Below are positions 13,213-25,500 of a stretch of DNA of 64,000 nt, one piece after another. Position numbers and translations under genes: made by a program. Within the stretch, counting starts at the first letter, position 1. Each line of letters opens with the position of its first letter. Under the pieces are notes generated by a model. That model was not told the origin of the DNA. It worked only from the letters and a program-made list of their open reading frames with translations, and did not search any database. The stretch is from Macrostomum hystrix (taxonomy: Eukaryota; Animalia; Platyhelminthes), in NCBI GenBank assembly GCA_950097015.1, contig CATNEN010000039.1, forward strand, positions 11,470,001-11,534,000. Reading direction: 5' to 3'.

Positions 13213-14444
13213 TCAGGAAGGCACAAGACGACGATAGATTTCACTTCGGTCGGATTCTTCGACAAAGTCGATCATTAGTTTCGAAGCAGTCGATGCCGGG
13301 AAATAATACTGAACTGTCATACTTGCTGAGAAGCTGGTAGTAACGGATAAGATGGATGTCAGGGGAATGCAAAACTCCTGGTGGCACGCTGGCAGCCAGT
13401 CAGCTGGCAGCTGGGTAGATGAGGCACTGACAGCTGGCTGGTCAGTGTCCGATGGGATATTTCCGGCTGCTGGCTGGTCAGTGTCCGATGGGATATTTCC
13501 GGCTGCTGGCTGGTCAGTGTCCGATGGGATATTTCCGGCTGCTGGCTGGTCAGTGTCCGATGGGATATTTCCGGCTGCTGGCTGATCAGTGTCGGATGGG
13601 ATATTTCCGGCTGCTGGCTGATCAGTGTCCGATGGGATATTTCCGGCTGCTGGCTGATCAGTGTCGGATGGGATATTTCCGGCTGCTGGCTGATCAGTGT
13701 CCGATGGGATATTTCCCGTTTCTGGCTGATCAGTGTCCGATGGGATATTTCCGGCTGCTGGCTGATCACTGTCCGATGGGATATTTCCGGCTGCTGGCTG
13801 ATCACTGTCCGATGGGATATTTCCGGCTGCTGGCTGATCACTGTCCGATGGGATATTTCCGGCTGCTGGCTGATCAGTGTCCGATGGGATATTTCCGGCT
13901 GCTGGCTGGTCAGTGTCCGATGGGATATTTCCGGCTGCTGGCTGATCAGTGTCCGATGGGATATTTCCGGTTGCTGGCTGATCAGTGGCTTGTGCAATAT
14001 TTTCTTCTCTAGCTTGAGAGACTTCCGATAGAATATCCCCAGTTGGCGAATTGATTTTACGCCGATGCTGGCTAACCTCCTCAAACACAGGTTGATCATC
14101 AATGGATAACCGATGCCCGCTTGTGCCCAGCCAATTGGGTTCCATTCGGTCAGACTCTGATAGGCCGTGCAATCGATCGAAGTCTCGATCGGCATCGATC
14201 CGACGCAGCGGCGAGACAACAAGAACCAACACAGAGTAGGAGCGCGACTCGATGCTGACTGTCACTTCAACATTGCAGCCGCGAGCTGATCTGTTTGCCC
14301 GCCGAGCTGCCAGCTCCGAGAGAGTCAACGACGACCGAGCAGTCGATGTCTCAGCAGCAGCAGCAGCAGTGGCAGCTGAACTGGGAGCATCAGGCATTGG
14401 ATGCTCAGGACAAAACACGAGACGGGCGCAACATTTAAACGGTA

Positions 14445-14475
<31 letters not shown>

Positions 14476-17400
14476 AAAAACCGGAGGGAAATTGAGCGCC
14501 GGCGGCGAAGCCGATGTCGGAGCGGTGAAAGCCGACACGGAGGCCTCCCGACTGCGCCGAATGGCTTGCAGCACAGCCACCGTGTCCAGCTCTTTCGGCG
14601 TGGCCGGCTGATCATCGAGCAGCAGTTCAGAGGCGCGCGAGTTGAAAAACTGCAGCGCCCGGACTCGATAATCCGCCAGCTGGGTTAGAGGATTATCAGC
14701 CAGGGTCAGGCGGCTTAGCAGGGGCAGCCCGGCAAGGTGGGCCACCTCTGACAGCTCGGAGATCAGGTTGGCCCGCAGACCCAGCACCACCTGAGGCAGA
14801 GGACAGATGAGAATGAGATGAAAGAATGTCACTCTCCATGTCACTCTACAGGCATTCGAAAGTTCCATATTTTAGTAACTGTTTTCTTACTCTCCTTGTC
14901 CCTCTCTTAGTTACTCTCCTAGTCACTCTACTTGTCCCTCTTCTAGTCACTCTCCTAGTCACTCTACTAGTCACTCTACTTGTCCCTCTACTAGTCACTC
15001 TCCTTGTCCCTCTACTAGTCACTCTCCTTGTCCCTCTACTAGGCACTCTCCATGTCCTCCTTGTCACTCTACTAGTCACTCTCCTTGTCCCTCTACTAGT
15101 CACTCTCCTTGTCCCTCTACTAGGAAATCTCCTAGTCACTCTACTAGGAAATCTCCTAGTCACTCTCCTTGTCCCTCTACTAGTCACTCTCCATGTCCTC
15201 CTTGTCACTCTACTAGTCACTCTCCTTGTCCCTCTACTAGTCACTCTCCTTGTCCCTCTACTAGGAAATCTCCTAGTCACTCTCCTTGTCCCTCTACTAG
15301 TCACTCTCGTTGTCCCTCTACTAGGCACTCTCCTTGTCCCTCTACTAGTCACTCTCCATGTCCTCCTTGCCCCTCTACTAGTCACTCTCCATGTCCTCCT
15401 TGTCACTCTACTAGCCCCTCTACTAGTCACTCTACTAGCCCCTCTACTAGTCACTCTACTAGCCCCTCTACTAGTCACCCTACTAGCCCCTCTACTAGTC
15501 ACTCTACTAGTCACTCTACTAGCCCCTCTACTAGTCACTCTACTAGCCCCTCTACTAGTCACTCTACTAGTCACTCTACTAGTCACTCTACTAGTAACCA
15601 ACCGTTACTCCTGCAGTTGCCGAGTGCTCACCAGTCCGTACAGTCGGCCGAGTCCCTCCAGGCTGGTGAGTCTATTCTCAGCCAGCTCCAGCTCTCTCAG
15701 GTTGCCAACCAGCAGGTGCGCGGAGTCCAGGCGGGTGATGCCGTTCTTGGCCAGATCCAGTTCAGCCAGCTGGTGCAGCTGGTCCAGGTTGTCCAGCCTG
15801 GCTATGGAATTGCCGCGCAATCGAAGTCGCCTCAGCTGCGGCATCAGACGGACGCCGCTGTCGATCTCGGCTAGGCCGTTTTCGCTGAAGTCGGCACTGC
15901 TGCAGACAGTGAACACGGGCGCCTCCGGACTCAGCTGACGGTGCGGCGGCCACTCAGGCAGGAGTGCCTGCCGGATGCTTTGAGCCCAGCCGCGAACCGA
16001 CAGAGTCAGCAGGCGAGAGCGCAGGTGCTGCGCGCCGACAAGACGGTCCGGGTTCACCTGAAGGGCAATTGTCGGGAAATTCGTTATCAGTGAGATAACT
16101 GTCTCACACGATCTGCCAACTGTGACACACGATCTGCCAACTGTGACACACGATCTGCCAACTGTGACACACGATCTGCCAACTGTCTCACACGATCTGC
16201 CAACTGTCTCACACGATCTGCCAACTGTCTCACACGATCTGCCAACTGTGACACGATCTGCCAGCTGTGACACACGATCTACCTACAGTCTATCCGCATC
16301 TACCTACAGTTAATTCGCATCTACCTACAGTCTATCTGCATCTAACTATATTTTATCCGCATCTTCCTACAGTTAATTCGCATCTACCTACAGTCATTCC
16401 GCATCTACCTACAGTCTATCTGCATCTACCTACAGTCTATCTGCATCTACCTACAGTCTATCCGCATCTACCTACAGTCTATCTGCATCTACCTACAGTC
16501 TATCTGCATCTTACTCCGCCGTATAAAAATTGCACTCAAGCTAAATTATCAGGTGTATCGATAAACTGCTTTTAACCAAGTAGGCACAGCCCAACGGGGT
16601 CACGACCTGCATTGCAGGATAGCTCGTGTAGCCAATGCTTGCCCAAGCAACCATTGCCTTAGCTAGTACTCAAAGTAATCAGTGTTAGCTAAAGCTCAGT
16701 CTATCTGTCCATCTAATCACTTAGCCCACCAAGACCAGCTCTTACATGTATATCTTGTGTGAACCAATGCCAAAGCTCAGTTCCCACTACACTCATTTGA
16801 GTGCAGAAAAGAAGAGAGATTTGCAAATTTCCAACCTGCTAATCATTAGAGCAGTCTTGCAAGTTCCTCTTTTTCTTATCCCATCTCTTAGCTATCCACG
16901 GGAAAAATTTTTAAGCGATGTTTTCGCAAAAGTACATGATTGTGAATTGAAAAATGAGGATATTGGATAATACAAGAATGAGGATATTGGAGAGTACAGG
17001 AATGGGATATTGGATAATACACAGGAATGGGATATTGGATAATACAGGAATGGGATATTGGATAATACAGGAATGGGATATTGGATAATACAGGAATGAG
17101 GATATTGGAGAATAGAGGAATAAGGATATTGGGGAAAACAGGAACGATGATATTGGAGAGTACAGGAATGGGATATTGGATAATACAGGAATGAGGATAT
17201 TTGGGAATACAGGAATGAGGATATTGGGGAATACAGGAATGAGGATATTGGGGAATACAGGAATGAGGATATTGGGGAATACAGGAATAAGGATATTTTG
17301 GAAAACTTCAGCTTCAGCACTCACGTGAACCAGCTGAAGACGGAGAAGCCTTCTAAAAGGTGTCACATCGTAAGCTAAATTATTGGGCACCAGATTGCTG

Positions 17401-19431
17401 CTGCCGTGCCTGCGCTCCGAGCCAATCAGTTTGACACTTTCCAGGCGAGACATGAAATCCAGCAGGTGACCAAAGTCCGATTTGAAACTGCTGCCTAGCT
17501 CTGCAGGCCACGAGATTGCGGGATGCATTTTGGTACTGTTGCTAGCTAACTAGACACTAATCATTGGGGATTGTGAATACCTGGGGATTGTGAGTACCTG
17601 ATTATTGTGAATACCTGAGGATTGTGAATACCTGAGGATTGTGAATACCTGAGGATTGTGAATACCTGAGGATTGTGAATACCTGAGGATTGTGAATACC
17701 TGAGGATTGTGAATACCTGAGGATTGTGAATACCTGAGGATTGTGAATACCTGAGGATTGTGAATACCTGAGGATTGTGAATACCTGAGGATTGTGAATA
17801 CTAAAGGCTACCCTATTTTTACAATTAAATAAAGTTTTATCTAAAAAAGCAACCATGGGCAAAAGTAATTAAAACTGGTGATCAAGAGATATGTGTTATC
17901 GACCCAGGGGATCTAGGGAAAGAGGAATCGAACCTGGGAATCTAGGGAAGAGAGGAATCGAACCTGGGGATCTAGGGAATAGAGGAATCGAACCTGGGAA
18001 TCTAGGGAAGAGAGGAATCGAAACTGGGGATCTAGGGAAGAGAGGAAACGAGCCAGGGGATATAGGGAAGAGAGAAATCGAACCAGGGGATATAGGGAAG
18101 AGAGGAATCGAACCTGGGAATCTAGGGAAGAGAGGAATCGAACCTGGGGATCTAGGGAAGAGAGGAAACGAACCAGGGGATATAGGGAAGAGAAGAATCG
18201 AACCTGGGGATCTAGGGAAGAGAGGAATCGAACCTGGGAATCTAGGGTATAGCGGAATCAAACCAGTGGATATAGTGAAGTTAGGGAATCGAACCTAAAG
18301 ATTCTAAGGATTCAGAAGAGACTAAAGATCTTTAAAAAATGGAAGCCATATTAGCAGCAGAGTGGAAACGTACCGCAAGTGGGTGTAGCAATGCGCATCC
18401 TCTGATTAACAGCGTAAAGCTGTAGCACTGAGAACTCAAAGGGGTAGCCCTTCTCAAGCCAGGCGTCGCCCTTCTCAAATAAATACTCGGTTAGGCTTCC
18501 AGTGATGCCGTGGATTTCCTGACGGTTCAATATAGATACTAGATACAGAAGTACAGAAATAAATTTTGCAGTATTTTGAGTTGATAACACCTTACATATT
18601 TCTCCCAAAGTAGGAATTTTGTGAGCGGCTGAGGCAAGCGATCGAATACTGTGGCCAGAGACTGCAGATAGGCTGAGAGACACTTCTGACGCTCTTGCAC
18701 AAATTTCACCGTCAAATTGCCCACCGCCTTTTTGGGGGGAAATTTCGCGACGGACTTCATCTCTAGGGCGCGGTCTTTCATTAGCTGGAATTTGGTAGTG
18801 AGTTTTAAATCTTTCATTAGCAGACGCTATGATGTGAGCATGATGCTGATTGGCTGTCGGGGTTTTAGGCAGAATGGGGTGGGGCACTTTAACCAGTTGT
18901 TGATTGGCTGTCGGGGTTTTAGGCAGAATGGGCTGGGTCACTTTAACCAGTTGTTGATTGGCTGTCGGGGTTTTAGGCAGAATGGGCTGGGTCACTTTAA
19001 CCAGTTGTTGATTGGCTGTGGGGGTTTTAAGCAGAATGGGGTGGGTTGTAAGACAAAATTGTGTCTGATTGATTCATTAAAACATGCTGCTGATTGGCTG
19101 TCGGGGTTTTCAGTTCAGACAGTTGCTGATTGGCTGCTAGGAGTCCACAGATTAGTTTTAAAAAATGTGTCAAATTTGAAGATCGCTCACTGTCTCGTGC
19201 AGATAATGAAACTCTTTGAATCTTCGCTTGACCTGCCATTTGACAGTGTCGATTTGCACCTCGATTAGGTAGGTCTGAAAGATTAATTTGGTAAATAAAG
19301 ATAGAAAAGTTTCAGTTTAAATATTCTCAGAAATCGGTCATACTCACCGTGTGATCTTCGGATATCTCAAATCCAATTACTCTGATAAGGATAACACGCC
19401 TGCGCCCAGTTTCATCAATTAGCGACGCCAT
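13213..19431 (-). CDS. NISCH: Nischarin-like protein (PX domain + LRRs); 7 exons
   Basis: Exons (-) 19431-19348, 19274-19191, 18784-18596, 18518-18374, 17500-17325, 16057-15632, 14790-13213; GT-AG and phase-consistent. PX domain (WQVKRRFKEFHYLH, FPPKKAVGN, ER..CLSAYLQ). Nischarin-specific segments EIHGITGSLTEYLFEKG..LQLYAV..PTC, DFGHLLDF..GSSN and NPL..DYR..KELDTVAVLQAI. Confidence 0.9.
13435..13987 (-). repeat. 36-bp coding repeat (DTDQPAAGNIPS, about 15 copies) in the NISCH last exon
   Basis: In frame with the nischarin LRR-cap ORF 14790-13213. Confidence 0.9.
14885..15598 (+). repeat. 12-bp-based minisatellite (CTAGTCACTCTA / CTTGTCCCTCTA)
   Basis: NISCH intron 6. Confidence 0.95.
16098..16512 (+). 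repeat. Two abutting 21-bp arrays: (ACACGATCTGCCAACTGTGAC)n then (GCATCTACCTACAGTCTATCT)n
   Basis: NISCH intron 5. Confidence 0.9.
16955..17297 (+). repeat. ~20-22-bp minisatellite (GGATATTGGGGAATACAGGAATGA-like)
   Basis: NISCH intron 5. Confidence 0.9.
17565..17802 (+). repeat. 17-bp array (GAGGATTGTGAATACCT)n
   Basis: NISCH intron 4. Confidence 0.95.
17898..18297 (+). repeat. 30-bp array (AGAGGAATCGAACCTGGGGATCTAGGGAAG)n containing B-boxes on the - strand
   Basis: NISCH intron 4. Confidence 0.95.
18845..19140 (+). repeat. 51-bp repeat (about 4 copies plus partials) containing TGATTGGCTG
   Basis: NISCH intron 2. Confidence 0.9.
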
Positions 19432-20673
19432 GACTAATCAGCGATTAGCGATCTGATGTGCAGGTATAATTGTGCTGATAAGTTTATTCAGGGATCAGAG
19501 TTTGTTTTCGCGCAGAGGAGCGCATGTTATCGCTGAAAAAATTTTTATTCGAAATTGGAAAATAGGCTAAAAAACATTGACATTGACAGGTTTAAGTTGG
19601 TCATGTGGATTGGGGTCATTGCTTAGATTACGGTAAAGTGTGGTCATGTTGATCGAATCGGGGTAGATTAGAGTCGTTTGGATTAGGGTCATTGGCTATT
19701 CAAGAAGTGATGACACTTATCGCAGGCAGGTTTGCAGCATATCTTAGCCCATCAACTTCAGAGACAACGCTGAAAACAGGCCAGTCTTTGTGTGAAAGCT
19801 CCGACAAGAAAAAAAACTATTTTTCTGTGTCTGCTAGGGATAGAAGGGTCTGAAAGAAAGCTACAGTCTTTGGTCGGAGAAAAAAATAATCACTACACTT
19901 TGATTGGGACTGGCGTGAGCAGCCTACTCAAAGCTAGCCCGCTGTGCCGTGGATTTAGGGTGGGGAAACTGGGGAAAATAATCCCCACGTCCCAAAAGCC
20001 TTAAGAAAGTTGAAAAAAAGAACAAACGAACAAATGAAATAAGTAAAAATCTAACTCCTCATTATTAGTTGAGACATGAATAAAATTTGTTTCATTGATT
20101 TATTCTCCAAAGCAAGCAACTTTCGCATTTGTGTACTGCAGTTGAACCAGTGCAATCTTAATGTACTGACAGAATTGGTTCATAACCAAGCTGATTAATT
20201 CGAGGGACATTGTTCTTAACTATAAATGTATTGCTTGACACAAAAACACGAGAACAGAAAATTCACAATATAAAATAAAACAAAACAAAATGTTTCCATT
20301 AACAGCTGTCTTCATATGTACTTATATTTGTATATTTAATTAACTAGAGAAAAAACAGCAAGAAAAAATTGACAGATAGATTTTCATAGAGATTGCAGAC
20401 AATAGACACATGAACACCTAGACACAAACTATTGCACAATGCACAAATACTGCGGCTTAGTAATTAAATTTCTAATATTGCTGAGAGTTTTGTATTGCTC
20501 AAATTCCAATTTATTAAATCATAAATAATAGAGTGCATAAACGACTAGAATTCTAGCTCAAAAAGATTAACTAAAGCGCATAAGATTCCACGATCACAAT
20601 TCATAAATTACAATGGCAAGACAGACAGATAAAGCTCCTAAACATCCTAAACATCCTAAAACAATAACTTCAG

Positions 20674-21510
20674 GATTCCAGCTACGATTCTTAACGCGAT
20701 TCCTGCTACGATTCTCAAAGCGATTCCAGCTACGATTCCTAAGGCGATTCCAGCTACGATTCTCAAAGCGATTCCAGCTACGATTCCTAAGGGGATTCCA
20801 GCTGCGATACCAGCTACGATTCCTGCTACGATTCTCAAAGCGATTCCAGCTACGATTCCTAAGGCGATTCCAGCTACGATTCTCAAAGCGATTCCAGCTA
20901 CGATTCCTAAGGGGATTCCAGCTGCGATACCAGCTACGATTACTGCTACGATTCTCAAAGCGATTCCAGCTACAATTTCTAAGGGGATTCCAGCTACGAT
21001 TCTTAACGCGATTCCTGCTACGATTCCAGCTACGATTCTAAACGCGATTCCAGCTACGATTCCTAACGCGATTCCTGCTACGATTCCTAAAGCAATTTTA
21101 GCTACGATTCCTAAAGCGATTCCAGCTACGATTCTTAACGCGATTCCAGCTACGATTCCTACTACGATTCCTGCTACGATTCTTAACGCGAGTCCAGCTA
21201 CGATTCCTAAGGCGATTCCACCTACGATTCTTAACGCGAGTCCAGCTACGATGCCTAAGGCGATTCCAGCTACGATCCTCAAAGCGATTCCTTACAAGAT
21301 TCTTTATACGATTCCTAAAGCGATTCCTGCTACGATTCCTAAAGCAATTTTAGCTACGATTCCTAAGGCGATTCCAGCTACGATTCTTAACGCGATTCCA
21401 GCTACGATTCCTACTACGATTCCTGCTACGATTCTTAACGCGAGTCCAGCTACGATTCCTAAGGCGATTCCTGCTACGATTCCTAAAGTGATTCCAGCTA
21501 CGATTCTAAA
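20674..21510 (+). repeat. 12/24-bp minisatellite (GCGATTCCAGCTACGATTCCTAAG)n
   Basis: Between ZDHHC8 and NISCH. Confidence 0.95.
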
Positions 21511-22082
21511 TTTGATTTAAGTTCTATCAGTTTAAACTTTCAAAGCGGGTTCTGCAAGGCTTAAAGCAGATAAATGAAACAAATCAATTCACTCGTTGAG
21601 TAAAAGAGTATAGCAGATTAGACTAGACAGAAAAAAGGGAAGTTAAAAGAACATAAATTTTAATGAGAAGTATAATAAAAACATTAACTTGAATTTACAC
21701 AGACCAGAGGAAACTAGAATAGATTAACAAAACACATTAGAAAAAAATTGATTTTATCTAGTTGGTGACTAAAACTCACAAACGAGACAAAATTAAACAG
21801 AGAAAAATGTAAATCAAACAATTACAGTTCACATTTGATAAATATTGAATATGAGTACTGAAATTATTTACTAACAAAAACAGCTTTGTAATATCAAATT
21901 AGAGATAAAAACGAATATCGGTTCTTTAGAAACAAAACCAACCAGAGCTGGTTTTCTAGTTAAACTTGATTCCTGAGTTACAAGTAGAATTTATAGGGAC
22001 TCTTTACTTGACCAAACTCAATATACACGGTCGTTTATTGGGTCAGAATAAATTTTCATGGCCATTTTGTGGGCAGAGCTAA

Positions 22083-22272
22083 ATCCAATGACATTCTATG
22101 GGCCAACTGTCACGCTAATATTCAATGACATTCTATGGGCCAAGTGTCACGCTAATATCCAATGACATTCTATAGGCGAACTGTCACGCTAATATCCAAT
22201 GACATTCTATGGGCCAACTGTCACGCTAATATTCAATGACATTCTATGGGCCAACTGTCACGCTAATATCCA
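22083..22272 (+). repeat. 37-bp repeat, 5 copies (CAATGACATTCTATGGGCCAACTGTCACGCTAATATC)
   Basis: ZDHHC8 3' region. Confidence 0.92.
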
Positions 22273-22439
22273 AGGTCACTCAGTGTACCAATGCAACAAT
22301 CCCAAATACCTAGGAAAGGTTCAAAGGGCAGAATGCTCACAGCTGCTAATTATAAACAACAGCGCGCACGAAAAACGCAAATACGCACAACATTAGAGCA
22401 AACAACACAATACAGTAAATCTAGTAAGAAAAAAATAAT

Positions 22440-22500
22440 TTAAAAGGGCACCGCGCGCTGATTAGGATCTATATAGACGCCACCAGCTGCAGTGCGATAG

Positions 22501-22539
<39 letters not shown>

Positions 22540-25500
22540 CTATACTGAGATGACGGGACAAAACTAACCCTACCGCTACCTGGCTGATACTGAATAGCTT
22601 GGACACTGGGCACCTGCTGCTGCTGCTGCTGGTACATGTGCACTGCAGGATCGTAGAAATTATTATAAGAATCAGATCGATTGCCAGTCGATAATAGCAG
22701 CGGTTCGGCCAACATTGAAGCCGACGATGGTCCGGATGTCTGCGAGATCTGCGACAGACGAGAGATGGGGCGAAGAATAGCCTAGGAGACAGATGGAAAC
22801 TCAAGGATACATTAGCTATGAAAATGCACAGATGGGATGAGAGAAGAGAGGATTAAGGAACAAGAGAGGATAATTATCCCGTAATGTCGCTAAGCATCGG
22901 AGACGATAGCAAAATTATTCCAGAAATCCATGAAAAATCTTAGAGGACAATTATTCAAAAGCGAACAAAGAATTAGACAGGACAATTATCCAAAATCGAT
23001 TCAGAATCGGAGAGGATAATTATCCCTAATCGATTCAGAATCCGAGAGGATAATTATCCCAAATCGATTCCGAATCGGAGAGGATAATTATCCCAAATCG
23101 ATTCAGAATCGGAGAGGATAATTATCCCAAATCGATTCAGAATCGGAGAGGATAATTATCCCAAATCGATTCAGAATCGGAGAGGAAAATTATCCAAAAT
23201 CGATTCAGAATCGGAGAGGATAATTATCCCAAATCGATTCAGAATCGGAGAGGAAAATTATCCCAAATCGATTCAGAATCGGCGAGGATAATTATTCCAA
23301 ATCGATTCAGAATCGGAGAGGATAATTATCCCAAATCGATTCAGAATCGGAGAGGATAATTATCCCAAATCGATTCAGAATCGGAGAGGATAATTATCCC
23401 AAATCGATTCAGAATCGGAGAGGATAATTATCCCAATCGATTCAGAATCGGAGAGGATAATTATCCCAAATCGATTCAGAATCGGAGAGGATAATTATCC
23501 AAAATCGATTCAAAATCGGAGAGGATAATTATCCTAAATTGATTCCGAATCGGAGAGGATAATTATGCTATACAAATAAAGAATCGGAGAAGATTGATGT
23601 AAAAAAATCAATTAGAGTCTAAAAGTCTAATTAGAATGGGGTAGGATAATTATCCCAAAATTGAGGCTGAGGCTGTAGAAATTTTCGCAATCGAAGAAAA
23701 AAATGGAATCCGTCGCAACATATAAAGTGCTCACAGTTCGTTCGCCCCTGGGAGCCTGCCTGCCATTGTTGCCAGCTGAAGGCGAGGACACAACAAGCTG
23801 CTGACGATGCGGATCGTAGCCGTCGCCGGAGCTGGCAGCAACGGCGAATCTGTCGCCCTCCAAGTAGGCGTTTCTCTGCCTAGCAGATCGGGAGACCGGC
23901 CTGGCAGGTCTGGACGGCCGGGGAAACTGGGCGCTGCAGAGGGCCCACAGGCAGTTGGCCCGACAGCCGCGATCGAATGGGTTGCCGCCGACTGGATACT
24001 TGTGCGTCACCTGCGGGAAAGGATAGTTATCCCATGCTGGTTCATTGTAATCCATCGGATAGGGAATAAATTATCTTAACATTGGGGATCAGAGACTTAA
24101 GAATCCAAGAGAAATTTCACCTTTATGGTTTGATAAAAAAATGTCTAATTATCCTAAAAAAATAGAATCTAGAAGGTTAATCTCTTATACTTTATGGCTT
24201 TTGGGATAATTATATTTTTGGGAATAATACTACAACCCACTATAGCTGCGGCTGTGTTGTCGGCTGCACATATGAGTCTGACTTAATAGGGGCAGGTGTA
24301 ATCAAAAATTATTACTTAATAAATGATTAAGGAATAATTTTTCTCTTAGATTTTATGGCTTTTTGGGATAATAATATTTTCATTTTCACACATTTTTAAA
24401 GTGAATAAAATTCGAATCTTAGTTTTCTTATTATCGATCCTTGTCAGCCATTAAGAATCGATGAGGATAATTAATTATCCATGAAAGCCGTAAGGAGTCA
24501 GGTAGGATATTTATCCCAAAAGGCCGACAAGAATCGGCAAGAATGTCTAATTATCCTAAAAAATTAAATCGGCGAGGATAATTAACCGGATAATCTATTC
24601 AGAATCGGAGGGGATACTTATCCCCTTGTCCCCAAGGCCATTAGAATCTAATGGGAAAATTTTCCCATTCAGACAACAAGAGAGTTGACAATAAAAATAT
24701 CAGCAAGCCAAGTAGTAATTGAACTACTAACCTGCTCATTAGTGGTCAGGCCTCGACTAACCAGAAAGAAATGAAAGCCAGTCAGGCCAGTCACTGGGAT
24801 AAACAACAAGCCAGCCACAACAATGATCACAATGGAGACAATGGGCTCGGCCTGTTGTAAGCGGTCGCGATTCATCACTACATAATAGACGCATGCGACC
24901 AGGACAGCGGCAATGTGTACCGTGAGGGACACCAGAAAGAAGAAGAACGCCCTGTAGTTGCGTCTGCCGATGCAGTTGTTCACCCATGGACAATGATGAT
25001 CGAAGGTGTCAATGCACTGATCGCAGGCCGAACAATGAGAACACCTTGGCGGCCTATAGAACTGGCAGGTTGAGCACCATTTTATCTTTGATTGACAGCC
25101 TCGAACAGTGATGGGCTTAAACAGCAGGCCTCTGATTTCATCTTCCCTGGCCTCGTCAGCCGTAGCTTTTGGATAGAGGCCCGGGTCTAGAAAAGTTGCT
25201 CGACTAAAATTGGCCACTACGAAAAACACAACAAGGGCATGGATGCCGGGCACAGCGACTGACAATGTCTCAGCTAGGTAGGGCGATCTGTGTTGAAGGT
25301 AACAAATAGTTTTTGGCTTTGTGATTCGTGACTAACAGTTAGTTGATTGACATAATTATTAATAGGTGAATGTTTCATCAAATTAATTGCTAGTTAAAAG
25401 AATAATAATATAGAAATTAAGTTTTAGGGGCTGCAGACATCGATGGCCAGCAATTTGAGCTTAGGAACATAGGCGCAAAGGTGGACAAATCAGCACTTTT

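Noticed and set aside
14826-15938. 370-aa hydrophobic ORF (LLVT/LLVP repeats)
   Set aside because: Intronic minisatellite plus antisense overlap with a nischarin LRR exon.
20613-21520. GIALRIVA / IPATI repeat ORFs resembling membrane proteins
   Set aside because: A 12/24-bp array open in several frames on both strands, with frame shifts and no splice context.
22975-23570. CRISPR-like appearance of 29-37-bp repeats
   Set aside because: Head-to-tail units without unique spacers, eukaryotic intronic context and no cas genes.
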